From: Prochlorococcus sp. AG-670-O13
GTDB taxonomy: Bacteria > Cyanobacteriota > Cyanobacteriia > PCC-6307 > Cyanobiaceae
Direction: 5' to 3'
Assembly: GCA_003209055.1 (NCBI GenBank)
Contig: QCTB01000001.1
Coordinates: forward strand, 1-54,086
DNA: 54,086 bases
This document shows positions 19,168 to 29,062 of the stretch, one piece after another (position 1 is the stretch's first letter; every line of letters begins with the position of its first letter). The notes below the pieces were generated by a model, which saw nothing but the letters and a program-made list of their open reading frames with translations, was not told where the DNA came from and ran no database searches. The translations under genes were made by a program, and so were the position numbers.

Positions 19168-20847
19168 TTATGCGGCTGCTCTATCTATAAGTGTCGATGC
19201 ATAATTATTTGCTTCACTAAAAGCACCACCTATAAGTTCAGTTAACTCATTTTCTCTTTCTTTTTTTGAAGTTAATTTAGTTATGGAAGTAAAAGTAATT
19301 CCATTAATAACATCTTTCTTTACTTTAAAATGAGTATTTCCTGTTGCTGCTAAAAAAGGTTGATGAGTAATACAAAAAACCTGCCTTTGCTTTGCAATTA
19401 GTTTTATTAAATCAACTAAAGCATTTAATGATTTACCACTCAAACCATTATCTATTTCATCTAAGAAAAAAGTATTAGGTTTTTTAGAAATACTAGATTT
19501 TATTGCTAATAGAAATCTTGACATTTCTCCACCAGAAATAACCTTCGATAATGGAGCTAAATTTTGATCAGGATTAGCAGAAAAGAGAAAATCTATCTTA
19601 TGATCCCCTTCTTGAGATGGTATAACTTTTGTAAACTGAATTGAAAAATCTGCATTTTCTAAACCTAAATTTTTCAAAATAGAAATTACAGAATCTTGAA
19701 GCTGCTTAGCTATCTCTTTTCTTTTACAAGACTGAGTTGCAAAAAGAGTCTCTAAATTAGCTTGAGATTTATTAATTTGAAAATCTAACTTCTTTACCTC
19801 TTCTTTATATAAATTTTTATCTATAAATTTCTTGAGTTCATCTCTTTTAGTAATTAATTGTGGAAGTTTTAAAGAAAATGTGCGTTCTAAATTTTGCAAA
19901 TAAAATAATCTTTTTTGAATTTCATTTAAACTAGTATCATCTTTCTCCACTTGTTCCAAATATTCTGTTAAAGAAAAAATTAAATTTTCAATATCATTTT
20001 GAATATTTATTAAATTTTCATTTAAATCACTAATCTTTGAATCATGTTCAACGACTTTATTTAAATGTTTAATTGATTGAGTAATTAAATCACTGATGGA
20101 AGGGACTTCATTTTTATTACTATTTAAATTATCTAGAGATGATTGAATCGAATATATTATATCTAGATTATTTGATAGCCTAAATTCCTTAGATTGTAAT
20201 TCTTTAATTTCATGGGAAGAATTTAATTTTGCTTCCTCCAACATTTTGTACATCTCTTTGATTGCAAAATTATTATTTTCTTTATTTTTAGATAATTGAA
20301 AATTTTCTTCTCTTCTTTTTTTCAAAATCTGAATTTCTTCCCATGTCTTTTTAATTTGAAGATTTAACATTTTTAATTCTTTAGAACCAAGATCATCAAT
20401 AATTAATCTTCTTTGTTCTTGATTAGTGAATAGGAAACTATCAGATTGACCAACAAAATCAATTAACAATAAACCTAAATCTTCTAATAATGCTTTACTT
20501 ATAGATGAATTATTTATCGAATATTTTGAAATTACTTTTTTGTTTTTTTTATAAGATTCTCTTTTTACGATAATTTCGCCGGAAACTTTCTTAAAACCTT
20601 TTGAAGATAACCAATCAGAAACTTTTAATGAATTAGAAAATTTTGCCTCAATTAAACATTCTTGTTTTCCTGGACGTATTAAGTGTTTTAAAGGTATATT
20701 AGTTCCACCGAACAAAACATTTAATGAGTCTAAGATCAGTGATTTTCCTGATCCTGAATCTCCAGTAAAAATATTCAAACCTTTTTCGAAATTAATTTCT
20801 ATAATTTCTATTAAGGCAATATTTTGTAAATTTAATTGTATTAACAT
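19168..20847 (-). CDS. recN: DNA repair protein RecN
   Basis: Walker A GDSGSGKS, long coiled coil, FSANP...ISGGEMSR, Walker B FFLDEID, CITHQP. Confidence 0.93.
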   Translation of the reverse strand: MLIQLNLQNIALIEIIEINFEKGLNIFTGDSGSGKSLILDSLNVLFGGTNIPLKHLIRPGKQECLIEAKFSNSLKVSDWLSSKGFKKVSGEIIVKRESYKKNKKVISKYSINNSSISKALLEDLGLLLIDFVGQSDSFLFTNQEQRRLIIDDLGSKELKMLNLQIKKTWEEIQILKKRREENFQLSKNKENNNFAIKEMYKMLEEAKLNSSHEIKELQSKEFRLSNNLDIIYSIQSSLDNLNSNKNEVPSISDLITQSIKHLNKVVEHDSKISDLNENLINIQNDIENLIFSLTEYLEQVEKDDTSLNEIQKRLFYLQNLERTFSLKLPQLITKRDELKKFIDKNLYKEEVKKLDFQINKSQANLETLFATQSCKRKEIAKQLQDSVISILKNLGLENADFSIQFTKVIPSQEGDHKIDFLFSANPDQNLAPLSKVISGGEMSRFLLAIKSSISKKPNTFFLDEIDNGLSGKSLNALVDLIKLIAKQRQVFCITHQPFLAATGNTHFKVKKDVINGITFTSITKLTSKKERENELTELIGGAFSEANNYASTLIDRAAA

Positions 20848-20916
20848 GATAATTCTTTCCTACAAAAAAATTAGCTTCTTTTTGAAGAAAATAAAAGGGG
20901 TTGAATAAATAAAGTT

Positions 20917-22776
20917 ATGAATGAAGATTATACAGATTTTATTGAGGCTTCAGGATTGTTAAAATATGATCCAGAAGTAATCTCTAAAATTTATCAAAAA
21001 AATCCAAAACGACTATTTAAAAGGCTTTGGCAGACCTTGATACCAATATTTGCTTACATTATTTCAGTAGGTTGGGATAAATTAACCGGACAATTAAAAA
21101 AAGAATCAAAAGCAAGAGTTAGAGCTAAACAATTAACAAATTTATTAGTTGAATTAGGTCCTGCATTTGTCAAAGCAGGGCAAGCTTTATCTACCAGACC
21201 TGACATTATTCCTGGAATACTTCTTGAAGAATTATCTGAACTTCAAGATCAATTACCAGGATTTGATGGTGATAAAGCAATGGATTTAATAGAAGAAGAT
21301 TTGAACAAAAAGATTGATGAGATTTTTTTAACAATTGATAAAGAGCCCATTTCTGCGGCCTCTTTAGGACAAGTTCATAAAGCTGTTCTAAAAAATAAAA
21401 ATGTTGTAGCTGTAAAAGTACAAAGACCAGGTTTAAGAGAGCAAATTACACTTGATTTATATATAGTTAGAAATATTGCTAATTGGTTAAAAAATAACAT
21501 TGGACTTATAAGAAGCGATCTTGTTGCACTAATTGATGAATTAGGAAAGAGAGTGTTTGAAGAAATGGATTATTTAAACGAAGCTAAAAATGCAGAAAAA
21601 TTTAGGAATTTACATCTTCATAACTCAAAAATTGCTGTACCTGAAATTTATAAAGAAATCACTTCAAGAAGAGTATTAACGATGGAATGGATCGATGGAA
21701 CAAAACTAACAAATCTTGAAGGAGTTAAAAAATTAGGTATTGACCCTGACGAAATGATTGAAATAGGAGTGCAATGTAGTTTAGAACAATTATTAGAGCA
21801 TGGTTTTTTTCATGCTGATCCACATCCGGGGAATTTATTAGCTTTAAAAGATGGAAGGTTATGTTATTTAGATTTCGGTATGATGAGTGAAGTAACTAGA
21901 AATTCTAGATCGGGTTTAATCCAAGCAGTTGTTCATCTTGTAAATAAAAATTTTGATAAATTATCTCAAGATTTTGTTAAATTGGGCTTCCTATCGAAAG
22001 AAGTGAATCTTGAACCTATTGTTCCCGCTTTCCAAGATGTATTTGTAAATGCAGTAGAACTTGGTGTATCAAAAATGGATTTTAAAAGCGTAACTGACGA
22101 CATGTCAGGAGTTATGTATAAATTCCCATTTAAGTTACCTCCATATTATGCACTTATAATTAGATCTTTACTAACTTTAGAAGGAATAGCTTTAAGTGTG
22201 GATCCTAACTTTAAAATTCTAGGGGCGGCTTATCCATATTTTGCCAGAAGATTAATGGAGGACCCTGATCCACAATTAAGAGAAAGTTTAAAAGAAATGT
22301 TATTTGATAATAAAGAATTTAAATGGGATAGGTTGGAAGATTTACTTTCTAATGCCGCAAAACAGACTAATCTAAATTTAGAAAAACTTCTTGATGAAGT
22401 TATTAATCTTCTTTTTTCACAAAAAGGTGGATTTTTAAGAAATGAAATTATCGATAGTTTAACTAATCAAATAGACTTAATAAATTTAAATTTATTAAAG
22501 AGTGTTAATAATTACCTTCCAAAATCTATCAGATTGAATGTTGATAGAAGTAATAATAATGAAATAAAAAATTTGATATTATATGTAGAACCTTTCAAAA
22601 ACTTTTTTGAAATTATACAAAAAGTTCCAGGATATTCTATTGACATCTTTCTTAAAAGAGTACCAAGGCTTATAAACGAACCTTATACAAGAGAAATGAG
22701 TTTTAAAATTGCAAAAAAAGTAACTGAAAAGAGTGTAGTAAGACTTGTAAAAATTGCAGCCGGTTCAAACATATAA
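20917..22776 (+). CDS. ABC1/UbiB (AarF) family atypical kinase
   Basis: LGPAFVKAGQALSTRPD, AASLGQVH, VAVKVQRP, FHADPHPGN, DFGM. Confidence 0.93.
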   Translation: MNEDYTDFIEASGLLKYDPEVISKIYQKNPKRLFKRLWQTLIPIFAYIISVGWDKLTGQLKKESKARVRAKQLTNLLVELGPAFVKAGQALSTRPDIIPGILLEELSELQDQLPGFDGDKAMDLIEEDLNKKIDEIFLTIDKEPISAASLGQVHKAVLKNKNVVAVKVQRPGLREQITLDLYIVRNIANWLKNNIGLIRSDLVALIDELGKRVFEEMDYLNEAKNAEKFRNLHLHNSKIAVPEIYKEITSRRVLTMEWIDGTKLTNLEGVKKLGIDPDEMIEIGVQCSLEQLLEHGFFHADPHPGNLLALKDGRLCYLDFGMMSEVTRNSRSGLIQAVVHLVNKNFDKLSQDFVKLGFLSKEVNLEPIVPAFQDVFVNAVELGVSKMDFKSVTDDMSGVMYKFPFKLPPYYALIIRSLLTLEGIALSVDPNFKILGAAYPYFARRLMEDPDPQLRESLKEMLFDNKEFKWDRLEDLLSNAAKQTNLNLEKLLDEVINLLFSQKGGFLRNEIIDSLTNQIDLINLNLLKSVNNYLPKSIRLNVDRSNNNEIKNLILYVEPFKNFFEIIQKVPGYSIDIFLKRVPRLINEPYTREMSFKIAKKVTEKSVVRLVKIAAGSNI

Positions 22777-22777
22777 A

Positions 22778-23350
22778 ATGCAGTTTACGAAATTATTAAT
22801 TCCTAGAATATTTTTAATATTAATTACTAATCATTTATTGTTAAATACTCCTAAAATAAAATCTGCTGAAAATATTAAAATAATATATAGCATATTTTCA
22901 AGAACAGTAACTGTCGAGTCTTTAAGAGATTTTGCTAAAAATGGAAATTCCTCAAATAAATTAAGAAGAGTTTTAAACGCAACAAATTCTTCTGATAGTG
23001 AAATTCAATCAGTATTAAATAAAAATTTTGAAATTCCTATAACTCTTGCAAGCAAATTAGTGTACTCGGAAATAGGTAATGTAATTTTAAGCAGATTATC
23101 TTCCATAATCCATCCTCCTAACACAAATGATGAAAAAACTGGTATTTTGGCCCTACGATCAAGTGTTATAAAAGGTATCTATGTAGGAGATGGAAATATA
23201 ACCCTTATAAAATTTTTTGAAAGTTACCCAACTAAAACTGTTATTTTAAATGTAAATGCTTTAAGTAAAGTAATGAATAAAGTAGAATCGATATCGGAAT
23301 TATTAGACTTTTTTACTGATAAGCCCTTGGAAAAAATTAAAAACAATTAA
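22778..23350 (+). CDS. DUF1400-like (alpha/beta-hydrolase-associated) protein with an N-terminal signal-like segment
   Basis: SAENIKIIY...TVTVESLRDFA, ALRSSVIKG, ITLIKFFESYPT; ATG 22778 sits 1 nt after the ABC1 stop. Confidence 0.65.
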   Translation: MQFTKLLIPRIFLILITNHLLLNTPKIKSAENIKIIYSIFSRTVTVESLRDFAKNGNSSNKLRRVLNATNSSDSEIQSVLNKNFEIPITLASKLVYSEIGNVILSRLSSIIHPPNTNDEKTGILALRSSVIKGIYVGDGNITLIKFFESYPTKTVILNVNALSKVMNKVESISELLDFFTDKPLEKIKNN

Positions 23351-23356
23351 ATAATT

Positions 23357-24460
23357 ATGCAAGTATTAGAAAAAATCAAAGATAAATTACATCTTAATTA
23401 CAGAAAAAAAAGATGGCCAGGATTAATCAATGCATATAAACAATATTTGCCAGTATCTAAAGATACCCCAATTGTCTCTTTAAATGAGGGTAATACTCCT
23501 TTAATTTTCAGTAAATCAATAAGTGATTTAATTGGAAATGATACAAAAGTTTATTTGAAATATGACGGACTGAATCCCACTGGCTCATTCAAAGATAGAG
23601 GGATGACAATGGCAATAAGTAAAGCTAAAGAAGAAGGAAGCGAAGCTGTAATATGCGCCAGTACAGGAAATACTTCAGCAGCTGCAGCTGCATATGCTTC
23701 AAGAGGAGGTTTAAAGTCATATGTATTAATTCCTGATGGATATGTAGCTCAAGGTAAACTTGCTCAAGCTTTAATGTATGGAGCAGAGATCATTTCTATA
23801 CAAGGTAATTTTGATAGAGCTTTAGAAATTGTTAGAGATTTATCTGCTAAATATCCAATTAATCTTGTGAATTCTGTTAATCCATACCGAATACAAGGTC
23901 AAAAAACTGCTGCGTTTGAGATAATAGACGACTTAGGTATTGCGCCTGACTGGCTTTGCATCCCTATGGGAAATGCAGGTAATATAACTGCTTATTGGCT
24001 AGGTTTTAAAGAATATTCAAAAATTAAAAGAAATTTAAAATTACCAGTCATGATGGGGTTTCAATCTGAAGGATCTGCGCCTTTAGTGAAAAATATTATC
24101 GTTAAAAATCCGGAAACGATTGCAACAGCAATTAGAATTGGAAATCCTGTTAATAGAGATAAAGCAAAAATTGTCAAAAAAGAAAGTAAGGGGGATTTTC
24201 AATCAGTGACAGATGATAATATTATTGAAGCTTATAAAATTCTTGCAAAGGAAGGTATTTTTTGTGAACCCGCAAGTGCAGCTTCAGTGGCAGGGCTTAT
24301 TAAAAATAAAAACAGAATCAAAAAAGAATCTACTATTGTATGCGTCTTAACTGGTAATGGATTAAAGGATCCAGATTGTGCTATTAAAAATAATGATGCT
24401 ATTTTTCGAAAAAATATAGAACCTTCGTTAAATAATATAACTAAAATATTAGGGTATTAA
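23357..24460 (+). CDS. thrC: Threonine synthase
   Basis: PLP lysine in [36 protein letters not shown]. Confidence 0.96.
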   Translation: MQVLEKIKDKLHLNYRKKRWPGLINAYKQYLPVSKDTPIVSLNEGNTPLIFSKSISDLIGNDTKVYLKYDGLNPTGSFKDRGMTMAISKAKEEGSEAVICASTGNTSAAAAAYASRGGLKSYVLIPDGYVAQGKLAQALMYGAEIISIQGNFDRALEIVRDLSAKYPINLVNSVNPYRIQGQKTAAFEIIDDLGIAPDWLCIPMGNAGNITAYWLGFKEYSKIKRNLKLPVMMGFQSEGSAPLVKNIIVKNPETIATAIRIGNPVNRDKAKIVKKESKGDFQSVTDDNIIEAYKILAKEGIFCEPASAASVAGLIKNKNRIKKESTIVCVLTGNGLKDPDCAIKNNDAIFRKNIEPSLNNITKILGY

Positions 24461-24482
24461 TTAATCCAAAAATAAAATTGAC

Positions 24483-24491
24483 TGTGGAAAT
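24483..24491 (-). promoter_or_regulatory. DnaA box (1 mismatch)
   Basis: TGTGGAAAT reads ATTTCCACA on the minus strand, versus TTTTCCACA. Confidence 0.6.
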
Positions 24492-24602
24492 AATTTAAAA
24501 CTTATTTAATACTGTTAATTAATTATTAAAATGACAATAAAAATGTTAAAAAGTTTTTTGTTTCAAAAATGGAGTAAGTAAAAATTTAACAATCTAAGAA
24601 TT

Positions 24603-24611
24603 TTTTCCACA
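24603..24611 (+). promoter_or_regulatory. DnaA box (cyanobacterial type TTTTCCACA)
   Basis: Exact TTTTCCACA. Confidence 0.8.
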
Positions 24612-24656
24612 AGCAAATATCTTATTTTTTTCTGCTAAGTAAAAAAGTTTTAACTG

Positions 24657-24674
24657 TTTTCCACATTTTCCACA
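24657..24674 (+). promoter_or_regulatory. Two abutting tandem DnaA boxes
   Basis: TTTTCCACA TTTTCCACA (24657-24665 and 24666-24674). Confidence 0.85.
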
Positions 24675-24678
24675 AAGA

Positions 24679-24690
24679 CTACTACTACTA
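24679..24690 (+). repeat. DnaA-trio-like repeat (CTA)4
   Basis: CTACTACTACTA begins 4 nt after the tandem boxes and is followed by 20 nt of only A/T (24691-24710). Confidence 0.75.
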
Positions 24691-24805
24691 AATAAATTAT
24701 TAATTAAAAAGAATCTAGTATGAAATAAGGATGATATTAAAGAAAAATATTTAATTGCATTAATCAAGAAAATGGATCTAATATATAAATAAAGTTATTA
24801 ACCAG

Positions 24806-25963
24806 ATGGAGATTGTTTGTAATCAAAATGAATTTAATTATGCTATTCAATTAGTTAGTAAAGCAGTTTCTTCGAGACCTACTCACCCAATTCTCGCAAA
24901 TTTGCTTCTAACAGCTGATCAAGGAACAAATAAAATAAGTTTAACTGGATTCGATTTAAATTTAGGAATACAAACTTCTTTTGATGCGAGTGTAAAAAAA
25001 AGTGGTGCAATTACTATTCCCTCAAAACTTCTATCTGAAATAGTAAATAAGTTGCCAAGTGAAACACCTGTTTCTCTTGTTGTCGATGAGAGTTCGGATA
25101 ATATTTTAATAAAAAGTGATAGAGGTTCTTTTAATTTAAAAGGAATTCCTTCCGACGATTATCCAAACTTACCATTTGTTGAAAGTGGTACTTCTTTAAA
25201 TATCGATCCTAGTTCTTTTTTAAAAGCTCTAAAATTAACTATTTTTGCTAGTAGTAATGATGATTCTAAGCAATTACTAACTGGAGTTAATTTTACCTTC
25301 AATTTTAAATATTTGGAATCAGCTGCAACTGATGGGCATAGATTAGCTGTTGTTTTAGTAGGAAATAAAGAAGATCTCGAAGATAGAGAAAATATTTCTC
25401 CAGATGAAGAAAATTTATCAGTTACTATTCCAACAAGATCTTTAAGAGAAATTGAAAAACTAGTAAGTTTGAGCTCATCTGAAAATTCAATTAAACTTTT
25501 TTATGATAAAGGGCAAGTTGTATTTATTTCTTCTAATCAAATAATCACTACAAGAACTCTTGAGGGTTCTTATCCAAATTATTCTCAATTAATACCAGAT
25601 ACATTTTCAAAACTTTTTAAATTTAATACAAAAAAATTAATTGAATCATTAGAAAGGATTGCAGTCTTAGCAGATCAGCAAAGTAGCGTTGTTAAAATTA
25701 AATTAGAAGATAAAGATTTAGCTTTAATAAGTGCAGATGCTCAAGATATAGGAAGTGCTAATGAACTTGTCCCTGTATCTTTTGACTTTGATCAATTTGA
25801 TATAGCATTCAATGTAAGATATCTCTTGGAAGGTTTAAAAGTTATTTCAAGTCAAAATGTACTTTTTAAATGTAATCTACCAACCACACCAGCTGTTCTT
25901 GTTCCTGAAGATAACGTCAATTCTTTTACTTATTTAGTAATGCCTGTTCAAGTTCGCTCTTAA
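24806..25963 (+). CDS. dnaN: DNA polymerase III beta sliding clamp
   Basis: RPTHPILAN, ATDGHRLA, LEGSYPNY, IAFNVRYL, YLVMPVQ. Confidence 0.97.
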   Translation: MEIVCNQNEFNYAIQLVSKAVSSRPTHPILANLLLTADQGTNKISLTGFDLNLGIQTSFDASVKKSGAITIPSKLLSEIVNKLPSETPVSLVVDESSDNILIKSDRGSFNLKGIPSDDYPNLPFVESGTSLNIDPSSFLKALKLTIFASSNDDSKQLLTGVNFTFNFKYLESAATDGHRLAVVLVGNKEDLEDRENISPDEENLSVTIPTRSLREIEKLVSLSSSENSIKLFYDKGQVVFISSNQIITTRTLEGSYPNYSQLIPDTFSKLFKFNTKKLIESLERIAVLADQQSSVVKIKLEDKDLALISADAQDIGSANELVPVSFDFDQFDIAFNVRYLLEGLKVISSQNVLFKCNLPTTPAVLVPEDNVNSFTYLVMPVQVRS

Positions 25964-25964
25964 T

Positions 25965-26672
25965 TTGAAATTACCAAAGGACTTTTTACTAAGTGATTTA
26001 TTGAACCTTAATGTAAAAGGAAATGCTATTCATAATTTTGGGAGTGGTGAAAATGTTTGGATGCATCCACCTGTTCATAGGATTTTAGGTTGGTATTCTC
26101 GTCCTTCTAATTTTGACTTAAAAAGAAACGTATGGAGATTAAATCAAATAAACCAAATAATTGATAATGAAGTATATGTAAAAGGAGAACCTGCTATTTC
26201 AGATCTTGCAACTTTAAATAGATTTCCAAATTTAATAGAAGCTAATTTAATTAACTCTGAAGGTACAAAGATAGGAGTAATAGCTGATTTTTTATTTGAC
26301 ATGAAAACTGGGAATATAAAGTTTTATCTAATTTCTCGTTCTAATCCGAGAATCCCAGGTTCTAGTAGATGGAAATTAAATATAAAAGATATTATTGACC
26401 AGCAACCAGGCTTAGTTTTCGGATCTTGCTCTTCTTTAGAGGATTTATCTTTAATAAAATCAAGTATTAAATATCAGTTTCTAAAAAAAGGAAAAAAAAT
26501 TATTGATCGTTTTGATGATATGAAAAGCAACGCTACAAATAGATTAGAGGATTGGCTCGAAGAAGATGAAGATATAAACCAAAATTCGGAATATAAACAA
26601 AAAACTTTTTATAATGAAGAAGAAGAAGATAGCCCTTTAAGAAGTAAAAGAGAAGATGACCCTTGGATTTGA
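25965..26672 (+). CDS. PRC-barrel-like conserved protein with an acidic tail
   Basis: GTKIGVIADFLFDMKTGNIKFYLIS is PRC-barrel-like; TTG start 1 nt after dnaN; C-terminal EDDPWI. Confidence 0.65.
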   Translation: MKLPKDFLLSDLLNLNVKGNAIHNFGSGENVWMHPPVHRILGWYSRPSNFDLKRNVWRLNQINQIIDNEVYVKGEPAISDLATLNRFPNLIEANLINSEGTKIGVIADFLFDMKTGNIKFYLISRSNPRIPGSSRWKLNIKDIIDQQPGLVFGSCSSLEDLSLIKSSIKYQFLKKGKKIIDRFDDMKSNATNRLEDWLEEDEDINQNSEYKQKTFYNEEEEDSPLRSKREDDPWI

Positions 26673-26675
26673 ATA

Positions 26676-29015
26676 ATGATAAATTCTTTAAATAACGAAA
26701 GTTTTGATGTTAATGAATCACTTAAAGTTGAAAACTTAACTAGTGATGATTATCAAGAGATATGTAAAAGACTTGGAAGAAAACCAAATAGAACAGAATT
26801 AGGAATGTTTGGAGTAATGTGGTCTGAACATTGCTGCTATAGAAATTCAAAACCGTTATTAGCTAATTTTCCTACTAAAGGCAAAAATGTATTAGTTGGT
26901 CCTGGGGAAAATGCAGGTGTTATAGATGTTGGTAATGATCAGAAATTGGTTTTTAAAATTGAAAGTCATAACCATCCTTCAGCAATTGAACCTTTTCAAG
27001 GAGCAGCAACAGGAGTAGGTGGGATACTAAGAGATATTTTTACGATGGGTGCTAGACCTATAGCAGTTTTGAATTCTTTGAGATTTGGAAATCTTGATAA
27101 GGCATCTAATATTTCTCTTCTTCGTGGTGTCGTATCTGGAATATCTCATTACGGTAATTGTGTAGGAGTTCCTACTGTGGGTGGGGAAATAGATTTCGAT
27201 GATAGTTATTCTGGTAATCCTTTAGTTAACGTTATGGCTTTAGGTTTGTTAGAAACTGATCAAATTGTATGTTCAGGAGCTAAAGACGTTGGTTCCCCAG
27301 TTTTATACGTAGGAAATACAACAGGTAAAGATGGTGTTGGAGGTGCAAGTTTTGCTAGTTCTGAATTAACTACTAAGTCTTTAGATAATAGACCTGCAGT
27401 ACAAGTAGGAGACCCCTTTATAGAAAAGAGTCTTATTGAAGCTTGTTTAGATGCTTTTAAAACTGGAGACGTAATTGCTGCTCAAGATATGGGAGCTGCA
27501 GGCCTTACTTGTAGCAGTGCAGAAATGGCTGCAAATGGAGGTTTAGGAATATCGATTAACCTAGATTTAGTTCCAGCTAGAGAAATTGATATGTCTGCTT
27601 ACCAATATTTATTATCAGAATCTCAAGAGAGAATGCTACTTGTTGTTAAGGAAGAAAAATTAAATATTCTTATTAAATTATTTAAGAAGTGGGGACTATT
27701 TGCGAATGTTATCGGTGAAGTGATATCTGAAAAAGAGGTTATTATTTCGCATAATAATCAAATTGTTGCTCAAATTCCAACTTCAGCTTTATCAGATGAA
27801 ACTCCAATAAACATTCATGATGTTATTAAAGAGCCACCTAATTATCTATTAAGGAAATGGAAATGGACAGAAGATAAATTACCAATCATTAGTAAAAATA
27901 AAATTCTTTCTTTAAAAGATCAAAAATTATATTCCATGTCCGAAATTATTTTGGAACTTTTATCAAACCCCTCAATCGCATCTAAAAGGTGGGTATATCG
28001 ACAATATGATTCTCAAGTACAATCAAACACTGTATTTAAGCCAGGAGAATCAGATGCAGCATTAATAAGACTTAGAGCGCAAGATGAGAAAAACAAAAAT
28101 AAAATATTTTCCGGTGTAGCAGCTTCTGTAGATTGCAATAGTAGATGGGTTTTATTAGACCCTTTTAGAGGAAGTATTGCCGCTGTAGCAGAATCAGCAA
28201 GAAATGTAACATGCATAGGTGCTGAGCCAATAGCGATAACTAATAATTTAAACTTTTCATCACCTGATACTGATATAGGATATTGGCAACTTTCATCAGC
28301 ATGTGATGGAATTTCTAAAGCTTGTCTTGCTTTAGAAACTCCTGTTACTGGAGGTAATGTTTCTTTATACAATGAATCAAAAAATCAAAATAATGAATTA
28401 ACTCCGATTAATCCCACTCCTGTTATTGGAATGGTAGGAACAATCAAAAATGTAGATAATGCTATAAGTGCAGGATGGAAAAATATTTATGATCAAATTT
28501 GGATTATTGGTTCATATTCTTCTGAATCTACAATAGGAGCAAGTTCTTATTTAGAATATTTTCATGGTTTAGTTACTGGTAGACCTCCAAAGATTAATTT
28601 ACAAGACGAAAAATATTGCCAAAGTTTTTTAAGAGATGCAATTTTAAAAAATTATATTACTTCTTCTCATGATGTTAGTGATGGAGGTTTAGCTGTTGCC
28701 TTATCAGAATGTTGTGTTTTGTCTTCTAAAGGAGCAACTATAGTATTAGACGACAATATTAATCGTCATGATTCTTTGTTGTTTAGCGAGGGAGGTTCAA
28801 GAATACTTTTTTCACTTAATAAAAATGAAGAATTAAAATTTTTAGATTTCCTAAACTTTAATAAGAAAGATTTCTCCAAAAATATATATGTAAAAAAAAT
28901 AGGATTTGTTTCTAATGAATATCTTAAGATAACCGTTCAAGATAAAGAACTTTGCAATCTAAGGGTTGATGAATTAACCAAAAAATTTAATAATAGTATT
29001 TCCAGTAGCTTTTAA
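26676..29015 (+). CDS. purL: Phosphoribosylformylglycinamidine synthase subunit PurL
   Basis: MWSEHCCY, ESHNHPS, QDMGAAG, SESQERML, HDVSDGG. Confidence 0.97.
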   Translation: MINSLNNESFDVNESLKVENLTSDDYQEICKRLGRKPNRTELGMFGVMWSEHCCYRNSKPLLANFPTKGKNVLVGPGENAGVIDVGNDQKLVFKIESHNHPSAIEPFQGAATGVGGILRDIFTMGARPIAVLNSLRFGNLDKASNISLLRGVVSGISHYGNCVGVPTVGGEIDFDDSYSGNPLVNVMALGLLETDQIVCSGAKDVGSPVLYVGNTTGKDGVGGASFASSELTTKSLDNRPAVQVGDPFIEKSLIEACLDAFKTGDVIAAQDMGAAGLTCSSAEMAANGGLGISINLDLVPAREIDMSAYQYLLSESQERMLLVVKEEKLNILIKLFKKWGLFANVIGEVISEKEVIISHNNQIVAQIPTSALSDETPINIHDVIKEPPNYLLRKWKWTEDKLPIISKNKILSLKDQKLYSMSEIILELLSNPSIASKRWVYRQYDSQVQSNTVFKPGESDAALIRLRAQDEKNKNKIFSGVAASVDCNSRWVLLDPFRGSIAAVAESARNVTCIGAEPIAITNNLNFSSPDTDIGYWQLSSACDGISKACLALETPVTGGNVSLYNESKNQNNELTPINPTPVIGMVGTIKNVDNAISAGWKNIYDQIWIIGSYSSESTIGASSYLEYFHGLVTGRPPKINLQDEKYCQSFLRDAILKNYITSSHDVSDGGLAVALSECCVLSSKGATIVLDDNINRHDSLLFSEGGSRILFSLNKNEELKFLDFLNFNKKDFSKNIYVKKIGFVSNEYLKITVQDKELCNLRVDELTKKFNNSISSSF

Positions 29016-29062
29016 TAATGAAAAAAAATATAAAACTCTCCAAAATTTTCAGAACTTAAATT

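Larger units (their letters stand above)
24461..24805. other. Chromosomal replication origin (oriC) region
   Basis: Largest spacer in the window (345 bp), very AT-rich, directly upstream of dnaN; contains a DnaA-box cluster, CTA repeats and an AT-only tract. Confidence 0.85.

Noticed and set aside
19168-20847. Very AT-rich recN (and the topoisomerase C-terminal region) as horizontally acquired DNA or a pseudogene
   Set aside because: Full-length frames with intact catalytic motifs and no flanking repeats or mobility genes; better explained by AT drift in weakly constrained regions.
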